NCBI GenBank assembly: GCA_963785535.1
Contig: CAWAVQ010000007.1
Coordinates: 183,502 to 247,501 of the forward strand
Direction of reading: 5' to 3'
Length of the DNA: 64,000 nt
DNA from: an uncultured Chloroflexia bacterium
GTDB lineage: Bacteria; Chloroflexota; Anaerolineae; Anaerolineales; Villigracilaceae
Shown: positions 42,391 through 52,456 of the stretch, piece by piece
Layout of the letters: every line of letters starts with the position of its first letter
How positions within the stretch are numbered: position 1 is the stretch's first letter
Program-made: the position numbers and the translations under genes
Notes under the pieces: model-generated
Told to the model about the DNA's origin: nothing
The model's input: only the letters and a program-made list of their open reading frames with translations
Database searches by the model: none

Positions 42391-45388
42391 TCAACTCAAC
42401 GCGAGCGTGATTGCTTGTTCGGTGGTCATCGTTGCGCCTTTCGACCATGCCAGTTCATATGCCACATCCCCAAGCTGAGCGCGTGCTCTCGTCAATACAG
42501 TTGTGACATGCTTCTGTGCGATTTGTTCTAGTGGCGCGCCAATGCGAACGCGCAAGGTCTCGGCGGCCGCCAGGAGTTGAACCGCTTGTTCGTAGCGTCC
42601 TTCCTTTTCGTTGACCTGGGCGAGAAGTTCAAAAGAGTAAGGATAGCCTCGTGGCAAGCCCAAATGTTGGCGAATACGAAGGGATTCGCAGAGGTGTTCT
42701 CTGGCATTTACATACTCCCCCATCCTATAAGCCGTTTCTCCAAGATTATGTATGGCCGTCGCAACGCCGCGCTGGTACCCCAGCGAACGAAAGAGGTCTC
42801 GGGCTTCGAGGAAAACCTGGCTCGCTACCATGTATTCGCCAATTTCCAACATATTTGTACCGGCATTCGTGAGGGCTTTTGCGAGTTCAAATGGATTTTC
42901 CAATTCGCGCCACAGCGCAATGCTCGGAAGACCAGATTGAAGCGCTATTTCAGGCATATTGGCATTGTAAGCAATTGTTCTTATCATTCCCTGCGCTCTT
43001 GCTATCCCGACGGTATAGGATATCTGCTCAGCCATCCTGCAGCGCTTCTTCAGCCTGCGCTTGAATATTTGTGTCTTTGCCAGCGAGTTCGGCTAGATCG
43101 CAATACGTCAACCTGGCGTCGATCATCTCCCCGCTGATCGCCGAGTTGCTGAAACAACTGTTGCGCTTGCTGAACACACTGCAACCCATACTCAAAATCA
43201 GTGATCGCTGACGAAAGCTCGGCCGCTGCCAGCAAGGCTTGTGCCCGTTGCGATCGAAACCGATTCCTGGGTTGCCTCCAATACGTCGCTGTAGCCAGCG
43301 ACGTCCTTCCTGAAAAAATCCGCCCAGTTCCCAGAAATTCAGATCCGTGCCCAACTGTGCGACCAATGCAAGCGCCTGCTCTCGATCGTGAGCAATCAGC
43401 CATTCGAATGCCGATCCCACGTTATCGTGATCGTCCTGGACAGTACGCAACCGTTCAGGAAGTGATTGCCCGGTCCGGTTCTCTGCCGCGTGGGCGACGA
43501 GTTCTGCATAGTAGCGGGCATGACGTTCCAGCGCATCCGCCTCTTGATCACTGCCGCGCAACTGCTCCTGCGCAAACTGGCGGATGGTCTCGTGCATGGT
43601 GTAACGCCGGTGCTCAGCATCAGCCCCAAACACCACCAGCGAATGGTCAACCAGCTCGGCGAGAACATCGGCACATGGGTTCTTCCGATGGCGCTGACTG
43701 CCTCAGCGGCTTCCAAGGTCCAGCCTCCGGCAAAGACCGATAATCGGCGCAGTATCGAGCGCTCCTGGGCGTTCAAGAGTTCATAGGACCAATCGATCAG
43801 GGTATGCAAGGTGCGCTGGCGTGGCAGGGTTTCGCTCACCTGCCTGTTCAGCCAGGCAAAGCGTTGGCCCAGCCGTTCGGCGATCGCTTCGATGGGCAGG
43901 GCGCGGACTTGTGCTGCCGCGATTTCGATCGCCAAGGGGATACCGTCGAGCTGTTGGCAGATACGAGCAACCGCCAGAACATTCGCGTCGGTGAGTGTGA
44001 AATTGCAGCAGCGATTGCGCGGCGCGGTCTGTGAATAGCTGAACCGAGTCAAAGTTCAGCGCATCTGCAACCGTGAGTCGTTCCGTGTCATTGATTGCGG
44101 GGGTGGCAAATGGTTCCAGCCGTACCACATGCTCCTCTTCAAGATGAAGCGGGATGCGGCTCGTCGCCAGTACAGTCAGCCCTGCGGCGTCGCGGCAGAG
44201 CGTTTGGACGAGGCGCGCACATGCTTTCACCAGGTGTTCGCAATTATCCAGCACCAGGAGCATGGTCTTGTCGCGCAGGTAATCCACAATTGCGTCGGTG
44301 GACGAGCGACCGGTGTTGGTCGGCAAATGCAACGCCGCCGCGACCGCGTCGTCCACAGACGCTTTCATCAGCAACGCCTGCCAATTCGACGAAGCAGATG
44401 TCATGGGCGAAAACGCCTGCCATGCGGTGGGCAACCTCGATCGCGAGGCGTGTCTTGCCGACGCCGCCGGGTCCTGCCAATGTCACCAGCCTGACCGTTC
44501 GGCGCGACAGCAGATCGACCAGCCGCGCGGATTCTTGCTGGCGCCCAAAAAAGCGCGTCAGAACGGGCGGCAGAGCAGTCGTGCGTTGAATGCGACTCGA
44601 ATGGCGCGAGGGCGCGGATCTGTTCGGCAAGCGTCACGGTTTCAACGGCCGGCGCCAGGCCAAGCTCGGTTGCCAGCACGCGGCGACAGGTTTCGTAGAC
44701 ATCCAGTGCGGCGCTGCGCTGATCCGCCCGCGCCAGCACGCGCATCAATTGACGATAGGCGGATTCATTCAGCGGGTCATATTCGAGCAGACGGCGTATG
44801 GAGCGTTCGGCTTCAGCCAGTTGTCCGGCGCGTTCGTGAAACGCAGCAAGCTGTTCCAGCGCCGACGTCACCTGCACGTGGAAGTGTTCGCGCTGCATGA
44901 GGAGCCAATCGTCGAACTGCTCGCAATCGCCGAGCGAGAATTCTTCCAAAAATTCGCCGCGCACCAAATCGAGCGCCTGCGTCAGCCGTGCGGCACATTC
45001 AGCGCAATCGTGTGGATCGGGGTGCGGATGGAGGCGGCAGGCCTCGGTCAAGGTGATGAAAGCGGGCCACATCCAGTTCGTGATCGCTGAGGGGGTTGAA
45101 GCGCAAGGTGAGCCGGTCGCCGATCAGGTGGGGTTGCTCGTCGGAAGCGCTCGTTCCCAGCGCTTTCTGAAGATGCGCCCAGGTCACACGGAGATTGTTT
45201 TGCGCGGCGGCAGTCGGCAAGTCGGGCCACAGCAAGCCAAGCAGAAATTCACGGCTGTGCGCGTGATCCGACTCGATCAGGAGATAGGCCAGCAGCCCGA
45301 TCGCCTTGCGGTTGGTGAGGGTGATCGTTCCCGACTGGCGATGCTTGATCTGCAATCGACCAAGTAAGGAAAAAATCAATTCAGCCAA
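42391..45388 (-). pseudogene. SARP/BTAD - NB-ARC (P-loop) - TPR signal-transduction regulator, broken into at least 7 overlapping frames
   Basis: Colinear fragments: wHTH (LLAYLLIE...LWPD), BTAD (LLEYDPLNESAYRQLMRVLA), P-loop LAGPGGVGKTRLA, LLVLDNCEH, GIPLAIEIAAA, and TPR repeats. Spread over ORFs 44999-45388, 44401-45072, 44244-44630, 43781-44434, 43396-44052, 43028-43636 and 42391-43035. Confidence 0.8.
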
Positions 45389-45545
45389 TTCAGGTCCAAA
45401 TAATGATGAATTAATGGCGTTTCGCTAAACTGCAAAAGAGTATAGCACGACGAACGAAAGATGATGATTAGATGATTCTTATCTCATGTGCCTGTATGAC
45501 ATCCTTATGCGGGATGTCTAATATTCACCGAAGGAGCGTCTCTGT

Positions 45546-46445
45546 ATGAAGAAAGTTTTCAAATGGATTGGTATTGTTTTGGGTTCATTGGTTGGTCTGA
45601 TTCTTATTGCGGCATTGACTTTATTTTTGATGGGCAGTGCCCGTCTCAATCAGACCTATGATGTTCCACCCTCCAATCTCACTATTCCCACAGATGCGGC
45701 GAGTATTGCGCGCGGCCAGCATATCGCTGAAACTTTGTGTGAAGGCTGTCATAGCGCTGACTTAAGCGGAATCAATGATTGGTTCGCAGCTGATCCGCTG
45801 GGGACCGTCGACAGTGCCAATCTTACTTCTGGCAACGGGGGAGTCGGACAAACCTTTACCGATGAAGATTTTGTACGTGCCATCCGGCATGGTCTTGACC
45901 CAAAAGGCAAACCCACGTTTATGCCTGCAGTCGTGTCCACCTCCCATATGAGCGATGAAGATCTGGCGGATGTTATCGCCTATGTCAAATCTGTGCCGCC
46001 GGTCGATCATATTACAAATGGGAAACATTTCACGCCTCTCGCCAAGATTATGCTGGCGGCAGGGATGATCGGAAAATTGCCGGCTGAGGAAGTGAGCCAT
46101 GCTGTGCATGTGACTGCCCCGACCCCTGGCGTGACTGCTGAATATGGCGCATATCTTGTGGATACTCATGACTGTCATGTTTGTCATGGACAAAATATGA
46201 ATGGCGGAAAATTCCCGGATCCAACTATAAAACTCATCACACCCAATCTTACGCAGGGCGGTGACCTTAGCGCATGGACGGAGGCTGATTTTGTCAATAC
46301 GCTCAAGGCAGGCGTGACTCCCCATGGACATCAGTTATCAGATAACATGCCGTGGAAGGAGTTTAGACATATGACCGATGATGAGTTGAAGGCCATTTGG
46401 ATGTATTTGCAGTCGCTGCCGAAACTGCAACAATATACAGAATGA
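45546..46445 (+). CDS. Membrane-anchored dihaem cytochrome c
   Basis: N-terminal TM helix. CEGCH and CHVCH motifs, each with a downstream Met (FMPAV, NMPWK). Confidence 0.8.
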   Translation: MKKVFKWIGIVLGSLVGLILIAALTLFLMGSARLNQTYDVPPSNLTIPTDAASIARGQHIAETLCEGCHSADLSGINDWFAADPLGTVDSANLTSGNGGVGQTFTDEDFVRAIRHGLDPKGKPTFMPAVVSTSHMSDEDLADVIAYVKSVPPVDHITNGKHFTPLAKIMLAAGMIGKLPAEEVSHAVHVTAPTPGVTAEYGAYLVDTHDCHVCHGQNMNGGKFPDPTIKLITPNLTQGGDLSAWTEADFVNTLKAGVTPHGHQLSDNMPWKEFRHMTDDELKAIWMYLQSLPKLQQYTE

Positions 46446-46474
46446 TCAAATCCAATTTACTGTGAGAGTAATCC

Positions 46475-46786
46475 ATGTTAACGGAAAATGAAGCGCCAAT
46501 CAAAGTGATCGTGGAACTCCATGCCAAACCAGGCAAGCGGGCGGAGCTCAAGAATCTGCTCGAGAGTGTGGCGGTGAAATATGGATCGGGTCAGTCGGGT
46601 TTTCTGGGCAGCCTGCGCTATGAGGTCCTTGATAACCCCAACATACTGGTTGAGATCGCAGATTGGGCTTCAGCCGAGGTGCGGGCGGCAGCCATGCAGA
46701 AGGCAATGGAAGCTGGCACCTACGCACCTCTGGAGGAACTTTTAGCTGCGCCATTCAGAGCCACGGTCATCAGACAATTGCCTTGA
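46475..46786 (+). CDS. ABM-domain (antibiotic biosynthesis monooxygenase-like) protein
   Basis: 103 aa. IKVIVELHAKPGKRAELKNLL...YEVLDNPNILVEIADWAS ferredoxin-like pattern. Confidence 0.7.
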   Translation: MLTENEAPIKVIVELHAKPGKRAELKNLLESVAVKYGSGQSGFLGSLRYEVLDNPNILVEIADWASAEVRAAAMQKAMEAGTYAPLEELLAAPFRATVIRQLP

Positions 46787-46869
46787 TCCGTTCAAATATC
46801 CAATGATTTGTAACGATTAATGCGACTCGCTCTAAATCGCATCCCATATAAGAAAAAGGAGATTATCCA

Positions 46870-47256
46870 ATGTCAACTGAACAAAACAAAATTGTTGTCC
46901 GTCGTTTCATCGAGGAAGCCTTGAACGCCATGGACAGTTCCCTCGTGGATGAGCTATTCGCTCCCGACTACACAAACCACATGCTACCCGGGGGGCGCGA
47001 GGGATTCAAACAATTCTTCTCCATGGTGGGCTCAGCTTATCCCGATCTCAAGATGAAGTACAGCATTGAACGTTTGGTTGCTGAAGGCGACTACGTCATG
47101 ATGCGTGCCTCAATGCATATTTCAAACAATGGCAAAGAAGCAACAGGATCGGGACTGGGGGAATACCGCTTCTCAAATGGCAAAATTGTGGAAGACTGGC
47201 CCTTAAGCGGCGTGGCGGAGTTGCTGCAACAGGTTGGGGTGGCCCTTCCAGGGTAA
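46870..47256 (+). CDS. SnoaL-like/ester-cyclase family protein
   Basis: NKIVVRRFIEEALNAMDSSLVDELFAPDYTNH ... RFSNGKIVEDW. Confidence 0.75.
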   Translation: MSTEQNKIVVRRFIEEALNAMDSSLVDELFAPDYTNHMLPGGREGFKQFFSMVGSAYPDLKMKYSIERLVAEGDYVMMRASMHISNNGKEATGSGLGEYRFSNGKIVEDWPLSGVAELLQQVGVALPG

Positions 47257-47301
47257 GGCGAGAAGTGGGTATTCAGCAAGAATAATACAGGAGAAAAACT
47301 C

Positions 47302-47712
47302 GTGATTGCAAAAATACTGATAACGATACCGCTGTTGATGTTCACGGTTTTACCCCCGCTTGTTGATTTTGGCGAAAGCCATGTGCGGCATCCAGATTGG
47401 ACCAAACATGCAAGATTTCATACGGCCTGGTTGGTCCTGGAAAATTCCATGCTGGGTCTATTCGCTTTAGCTTTGATCTGGTACCAAAGCACGAGTACAA
47501 AACTGCTTATTGCAGGCGGCGTTTCAACATTGGTTCTGGGCGGTTTCATGCTCGCAACGTTATTCATGCCAATGTATTCTGGCGCACTCTCCGATCCGGG
47601 TCCAGGCGAAGCCCCTCATGAATCGAAAGGGATTGATCTTAATCTCGCAGTATTCGGAGTCGGTTTTCTCTTAAGTCTAGCTGGACTGATATTGGCAATT
47701 TTGAGCATTTAG
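47302..47712 (+). CDS. Hypothetical 4-TM membrane protein
   Basis: GTG start after ggagaaaaa. Four hydrophobic segments. Confidence 0.5.
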   Translation: MIAKILITIPLLMFTVLPPLVDFGESHVRHPDWTKHARFHTAWLVLENSMLGLFALALIWYQSTSTKLLIAGGVSTLVLGGFMLATLFMPMYSGALSDPGPGEAPHESKGIDLNLAVFGVGFLLSLAGLILAILSI

Positions 47713-47763
47713 AACTAACGATCAAGCAAATATACAAATAATCAAACAAAAGGAGAAATTACC

Positions 47764-48198
47764 ATGGCTACGTTCACAGTTGTTACATTCATCAATCGTC
47801 CCCTGCAGGATGTCTTCGACTTTATGACCAATCCAGCCAACTTTGCCAAGTGGCAAAACGGCACCAAGTCTGCCAAATGGGCTTCGAATGATCCGGTCGG
47901 CGTAGGGTCGATCTTCAACTCTGTGGGCGAAATGATGGGGCGTGAAATGAAAATGGATTTAGAAATCACACAATGGTCCCCGCCTACTGTGTGGGGAATT
48001 AAAGGGCAAAGCGGGCCGATGAAATTCGAGGCTGTTAGTAAATTTGAGTCAAAGGATGGCGGCACGCAGGTGTCTCAAACTTTCGAAGGCGAAGTGGGCG
48101 GCCTTTTCAGCATTGCCGAGGGACTGGCGATTAAGCAGCTGCAAAAGCAAGTCGAAAACGATGGCAACACACTAAAGAAACTGCTGGAAGCGAAGTAG
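47764..48198 (+). CDS. SRPBCC (polyketide cyclase/dehydrase-like) family protein
   Basis: TFTVVTFINRPLQDVFDFMTNPANFAKWQ N-terminus typical of SRPBCC/AHSA1-like proteins. RBS aaggaga. Confidence 0.75.
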   Translation: MATFTVVTFINRPLQDVFDFMTNPANFAKWQNGTKSAKWASNDPVGVGSIFNSVGEMMGREMKMDLEITQWSPPTVWGIKGQSGPMKFEAVSKFESKDGGTQVSQTFEGEVGGLFSIAEGLAIKQLQKQVENDGNTLKKLLEAK

Positions 48199-48317
48199 CG
48201 AGCACCATCCTGCCGCCCCATTAGGAGCCTGATTCGGTTGCTGGAGCCTTCAAACTCACGCCCACCGATCATTCATCTCGCTGAAAGACGAGACCATTCA
48301 CCAAAGGAGAATTTTAT

Positions 48318-48704
48318 ATGAACGACCAAGTAGAAGCAAACTAGAGAATCATACGCGAGTGGCATGAGCTCGCCATCAACCAACGTAAGCCCGAAGAAGC
48401 GGTTGCCAAATATATTGGACCGAATTATCGGCAGCATAATCCCGGCGCAGGGAATGGTCCTGAACCTTTTATCGCGGCAGTGAAAGGCTTAACGAAAACC
48501 TTTCCAAAATTAAGCATGGAAACAAAAAGGATTATCGCACAAGGTGATTTGGTGGCCTTGCATAGTCACCTGATCCTCAAACCCGGCGACCGCGATTCGG
48601 CGGTCGTGGATATCTTCCGCCTTGAAAACGGCAAGATCGTTGAACATTGGGATGTGGTGCAGGAAGTTCCTGAAAAATCAGCGAACAACAACACGATGTT
48701 TTAG
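48318..48704 (+). pseudogene. NTF2/SnoaL-like protein with in-frame TAG at codon 9
   Basis: ATG 48318 is 7 nt after aaggaga. Reads MNDQVEAN-TAG(48342-48344)-RIIREWHELAINQRKPEEAVAKYIGPNYRQHNP..., continuous with track ORF 48480-48704. Confidence 0.65.
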
Positions 48705-48815
48705 CAACTGCCGATACTCCCTCCACTGATCAAGTAGAGCGTAGTCTCGTCCAACCTCAAGTAGGCAACGCAAATCTTTAGACATCGCAATCTTTTTTAA
48801 ATAGGAGCTTTCACA

Positions 48816-49121
48816 ATGTCGCTACTTCTAATTTTTCTTGTCCTCAACGTCACCCTGCATGGCATCATCGTAGCCCGCTTCGGAATCCGGAACAACCTAC
48901 CAGTCTTCGTGTTCATGTTTGTGTATGCCGCTTTGGGAATCGCGGTCTATCTCTCCGTACCAAATGTACTGTGGGTTGTGCTGTTCTTGACGACCATCGG
49001 CACTGTCGGCTTGACCATAACGTTCAACAAAATAACCCGCGACAAAAGGCTGGAGATGGTGATCTGGCCGCTTAATATCGTCATTATTCTGGTTGCCGGA
49101 TACTTGTTGTTTGCGGCATAG
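48816..49121 (+). CDS. Small 3-TM membrane protein
   Basis: 101 aa, hydrophobic throughout. RBS taggag. Confidence 0.5.
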   Translation: MSLLLIFLVLNVTLHGIIVARFGIRNNLPVFVFMFVYAALGIAVYLSVPNVLWVVLFLTTIGTVGLTITFNKITRDKRLEMVIWPLNIVIILVAGYLLFAA

Positions 49122-49231
49122 CGGGACCGCGCTTCGCACGTGCCGCTAATAAGCATTTTTCTGGCTTCAAATTCTTACTACTTCAAGCCAGATTATCCTA
49201 TTCGGATTAAACAAAGAAAGGAATTTACAAC

Positions 49232-49726
49232 ATGTCTACTATCGCTACCACATCCCCTACCTCCCGCAATTCACTCCTCCGCTTAAGTGTGATAGCAGGA
49301 CTGATCATCGGTTTCGCCGATGAAATCATCTATCACTGGTTTGTTCAGAATGTCCTTGGTGGGGTTTCATTAATTGCTTTATATCAATATATAGCCAGCG
49401 GCGCACTGGGCGAAACTGCCTTCGCAGGCGGAATCCCCGTTGCTTTGCTCGGGGTGCTATTCCACTACCTCTTTAGCATTGTAATCGCTGGTGTGTTTAT
49501 CCTGGGCGTCGACCGCATTCCGCTCCTGAGTCGCCATGTCATCTCTGGGGCGCTCCTGTATGGATTTGGTGTCTTCATTGTCATGAATATGATCGTAACC
49601 CCGCTCAGTGCGACACCTCCACTACCAACTCCAACAATGTCCCAACTCATTGTGATGATCTTGGATCACATCCTGGTCTTCGGGTTGCTTTTGGGGATAC
49701 TTGTACGGCGAAATGCCAAGGCTTAA
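49232..49726 (+). CDS. Hypothetical 4-TM membrane protein
   Basis: 164 aa. RBS aaggaa. Four hydrophobic helices. Confidence 0.5.
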   Translation: MSTIATTSPTSRNSLLRLSVIAGLIIGFADEIIYHWFVQNVLGGVSLIALYQYIASGALGETAFAGGIPVALLGVLFHYLFSIVIAGVFILGVDRIPLLSRHVISGALLYGFGVFIVMNMIVTPLSATPPLPTPTMSQLIVMILDHILVFGLLLGILVRRNAKA

Positions 49727-49808
49727 TCGTTATCGTATTGAGGATAAGCAAGGCTATTGCCTGACGAAGTAATATCATTATGCAATTTCATCATACAAGG
49801 AGAAAATC

Positions 49809-50423
49809 ATGAAAGTCGTTGTTATTGGCGCCAGCGGATTGATTGGAAAGGCAGTGGCCGCACTGCTAACGGATAAAGGCCATGAAACAGTCCAAGTCTC
49901 TCGCACGACTCAACCAGGCGTGGATCTTGACGATCCCACCTCCATCAACTCGTTCTATAAAGCCCTGGGCGAGGTGGATGCAATCATTTGTGTGGCAGGA
50001 CGCCGCGGGAATGGTAACGGCCCGTTAGCGGAGTTGTCCGATGAGGCAATCGAGTCAGCTGTCAGGGGTAAATTAGTGGGACAGGTGAACCTGATACGTT
50101 ATGGTCTTGCCAACGTACGACCAAACGGTGTCTTCATCCTCACCGGCGGAATGTCAGCCTACGCTCCAGTGCCCAAAATGTCAGCCAGTGCAATGGTCAA
50201 TACAGGCTTGGAAGGATTCGTCCGTCACGCCGCACTCGATCTGCAAGATGGGCGGCGTATCGTTATCGTCCACCCGTGCACCGTTCGCGAGGCGGTAATT
50301 CAACTCGGCATGGATGGAGCACGCTTTCCCAATGCCGCAACGGTGGCTGAAACGTACCTCAAAGCGTTGGAGGGCACAAACACGGGTGAGCCTGTTTTTG
50401 TGGAAGGGTATGGTCCACAATAA
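49809..50423 (+). CDS. Short-chain dehydrogenase/NAD(P)-binding Rossmann protein
   Basis: MKVVVIGASGLIGKAVAALL glycine-rich dinucleotide motif. 204 aa. RBS aaggaga. Confidence 0.75.
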   Translation: MKVVVIGASGLIGKAVAALLTDKGHETVQVSRTTQPGVDLDDPTSINSFYKALGEVDAIICVAGRRGNGNGPLAELSDEAIESAVRGKLVGQVNLIRYGLANVRPNGVFILTGGMSAYAPVPKMSASAMVNTGLEGFVRHAALDLQDGRRIVIVHPCTVREAVIQLGMDGARFPNAATVAETYLKALEGTNTGEPVFVEGYGPQ

Positions 50424-50513
50424 GGAACTCCAAAACCATAGAAAGACGATGGACCCTGAAAACATGCCAAAACAGCGCTTTGTGAGCATTAGACCACCAA
50501 TCAAGGACTGAAA

Positions 50514-51614
50514 ATGTCAACACCCACCCAACACGGTTATCTGGTCATTGCAGACATCTCCGGCTACACATCCTTCGTTGCCAAAACGGAACTCGAACAT
50601 TCACAGGAGATCCTTTCTGAACTGCTTGAGTTAATGGTAAGCCGCTTCCAGCCCACGATGACCATCTCCAAACTCGAGGGCGATGCCGTGTTTGCATACG
50701 CGCCCGAAGAAGTGTTTGTGTGCAGCGGAACATTGATCGATTTTATCGAATCCATGTATGTGGCCTTTCGCGACAAACAGCTTTCCATAAAGCGCGCGAC
50801 AACCTGCACCTGCAATGCCTGCCGCAACATCCCTTCCCTTGACCTGAAATTCTTCATCCATTGCGGCGACTACATTCAACAGAACGTGGCCAACATCAAG
50901 GAGCTGGTCGGCTCGGATGTGAACCTGGTTCATCGCCTCACCAAGAACCATGTCACAGAGGCGACCGGCTGGCGGGCGTATATGATGTACACAGAACAAT
51001 GCCTGGACCACAATGGTTTGAATCTTGCCGATGCCCAGGTCCAGATGGAGGCGTATGAAAGCCTCGGCGAGATCAAAACCTTCAATATTGATTTACACAA
51101 GCGCTACCAGGAACTTTGCGAAGCACGCTGCATTGTGCTTGAAGAGCAAGAGGCAGACCTTGTTCTCCAAATTGACTTTTCCACGCCTCCTTCTGTGACC
51201 TGGGAATGGATCCACAACCCGGACAAGCGTAATCTTTGGAACAACGACAGTCACTTGAAGTGGTCCTCAGGCGACCGACCGCAAGGGCGACCGGGCATTG
51301 GTTCAAGCAATCACTGCGCACACGGCAAATCCATGAGCACTGAAGTAATCGTAGACTGGCATCCGTTTGAATATTACACCGCACATTCCTTCGATAACGG
51401 CAAGCACACTGCCACAGAAACGATACGCTTTGAAACTTTGCCGAATGGCGGCACACGCGTCCGTGACGCACTCAAGATGCACATGCCAATTCCGCGTTTC
51501 ATCCGCAGCCCCATGGTGAAATATGTGCTGATCTCCCACTACCACCATGACAAAAGCATGGCACTGGCTGCACAATTAGCCAACGAAGAATTCACCAAAG
51601 CCAAAGGCGAATGA
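50514..51614 (+). CDS. DUF2652 (nucleotide-cyclase-like fold) fused to an SRPBCC domain
   Basis: YLVIADISGYTSF...ISKLEGDAVFAY resembles the class III cyclase metal/substrate strands, as in DUF2652. The C-terminal 150 aa look SRPBCC-like. Confidence 0.6.
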   Translation: MSTPTQHGYLVIADISGYTSFVAKTELEHSQEILSELLELMVSRFQPTMTISKLEGDAVFAYAPEEVFVCSGTLIDFIESMYVAFRDKQLSIKRATTCTCNACRNIPSLDLKFFIHCGDYIQQNVANIKELVGSDVNLVHRLTKNHVTEATGWRAYMMYTEQCLDHNGLNLADAQVQMEAYESLGEIKTFNIDLHKRYQELCEARCIVLEEQEADLVLQIDFSTPPSVTWEWIHNPDKRNLWNNDSHLKWSSGDRPQGRPGIGSSNHCAHGKSMSTEVIVDWHPFEYYTAHSFDNGKHTATETIRFETLPNGGTRVRDALKMHMPIPRFIRSPMVKYVLISHYHHDKSMALAAQLANEEFTKAKGE

Positions 51615-51808
51615 GTATAATGCCATAAGTTCAAAGATCCACCCAACATTGCGTTCTAAGAACGTGTAACGTTCTTGCGGTAAAAATGAAGGCCTGCCTT
51701 CATGCACGGATGCACCTGACTGGCAGGAGTTTGCGGCATACCCTAACAGCTGTCTGTTTTTGAAAATTTTGTTTCGGATAATGGTCACGTAATATCAAAG
51801 GAAACAAT

Positions 51809-52243
51809 ATGGCGCTTGAATGGATATATTCATTGGAAAAAGTAGACTGGGAAGAGCTCTACCAACTCTATCTAGCCGCCCCACTAGGACATGAAAGCCC
51901 TTCCGATTTAAAGATAGCGTTCTCAAATAGCATATACAAATGTTTTGTGTATGATTCTGGAAGATTGATAGCCGTTGGACGAGCGCTGGCAGACGGAAGA
52001 GATTGTTCATACATTAGTGGTGTAGCAGTTCATCCAGATTATCAAGGAATTGGCATTGGCAAGGAAGTTGTGTCCAAGCTGGTCAGTCTCTCAAAGGATC
52101 ATAAGAAAATTATTTTATATGCTGCCTCTGGGAAAGAGCCGTTTTATCGAAAACTCGGTTTCAAGCGCATGGCAACGGCAATGGCAATATTTAAGAATCA
52201 AGTTCAAGCCCTGGAGGATGGTCTACTTATTGACGAATTATGA
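51809..52243 (+). CDS. GNAT-family N-acetyltransferase
   Basis: VAVHPDYQGIGIGKEVVSKLV ... FYRKLGF acetyl-CoA binding motif A. Confidence 0.85.
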   Translation: MALEWIYSLEKVDWEELYQLYLAAPLGHESPSDLKIAFSNSIYKCFVYDSGRLIAVGRALADGRDCSYISGVAVHPDYQGIGIGKEVVSKLVSLSKDHKKIILYAASGKEPFYRKLGFKRMATAMAIFKNQVQALEDGLLIDEL

Positions 52244-52332
52244 TTCGCTTGCCTGTTTTGAATTCTGAAAATCAAAGGCATGTTGTTGGCAGCATCTTTA
52301 TTCAGCCAGCGAGTTCTTGTACAACAAAAAAC

Positions 52333-52405
52333 GCCTAACCCAGCGGGCTCTTGATTAGACGGATTGAGTCCAGCGTTTCAATGGCGGGTAAACGCCGAGT
52401 TGGGC
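52333..52405 (+). repeat. Isolated attC-like site (73 bp) downstream of the GNAT gene
   Basis: GCCTAAC (canonical RYYYAAC) ... GTTGGGC (canonical GTTRRRY). GCCTAACCCAGCGGGC matches the reverse complement of aaacgccgaGTTGGGC in 11 of 13 positions. Confidence 0.5.
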
Positions 52406-52456
52406 CACTCCCATTTAGTTCTCGCTTAGTTTTCACCAATCCTGTTAGAGGCAGAA

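Noticed and set aside
45389-45545. tRNA or other RNA gene at island borders (26.25-26.37 kb, 45.39-45.55 kb, 62.8-62.93 kb)
   Set aside because: No cloverleaf-compatible sequence, GTTCRANNC T-loop or CCA-proximal acceptor pairing is visible. Only simple hairpins (e.g. gacatcc-ttatgcg-ggatgtc at about 45504-45524).
51641-51735. attC-like site upstream of the GNAT gene (ACCCAAC...GTTTGCG), and a second one after the cyclase gene (GCCCAAC at about 54113)
   Set aside because: The outer boxes pair poorly (4 of 7) or the 3' GTT core is missing. Internal hairpins exist but do not give the R/L box layout. They are mentioned only as weak candidates in the 52333 finding.
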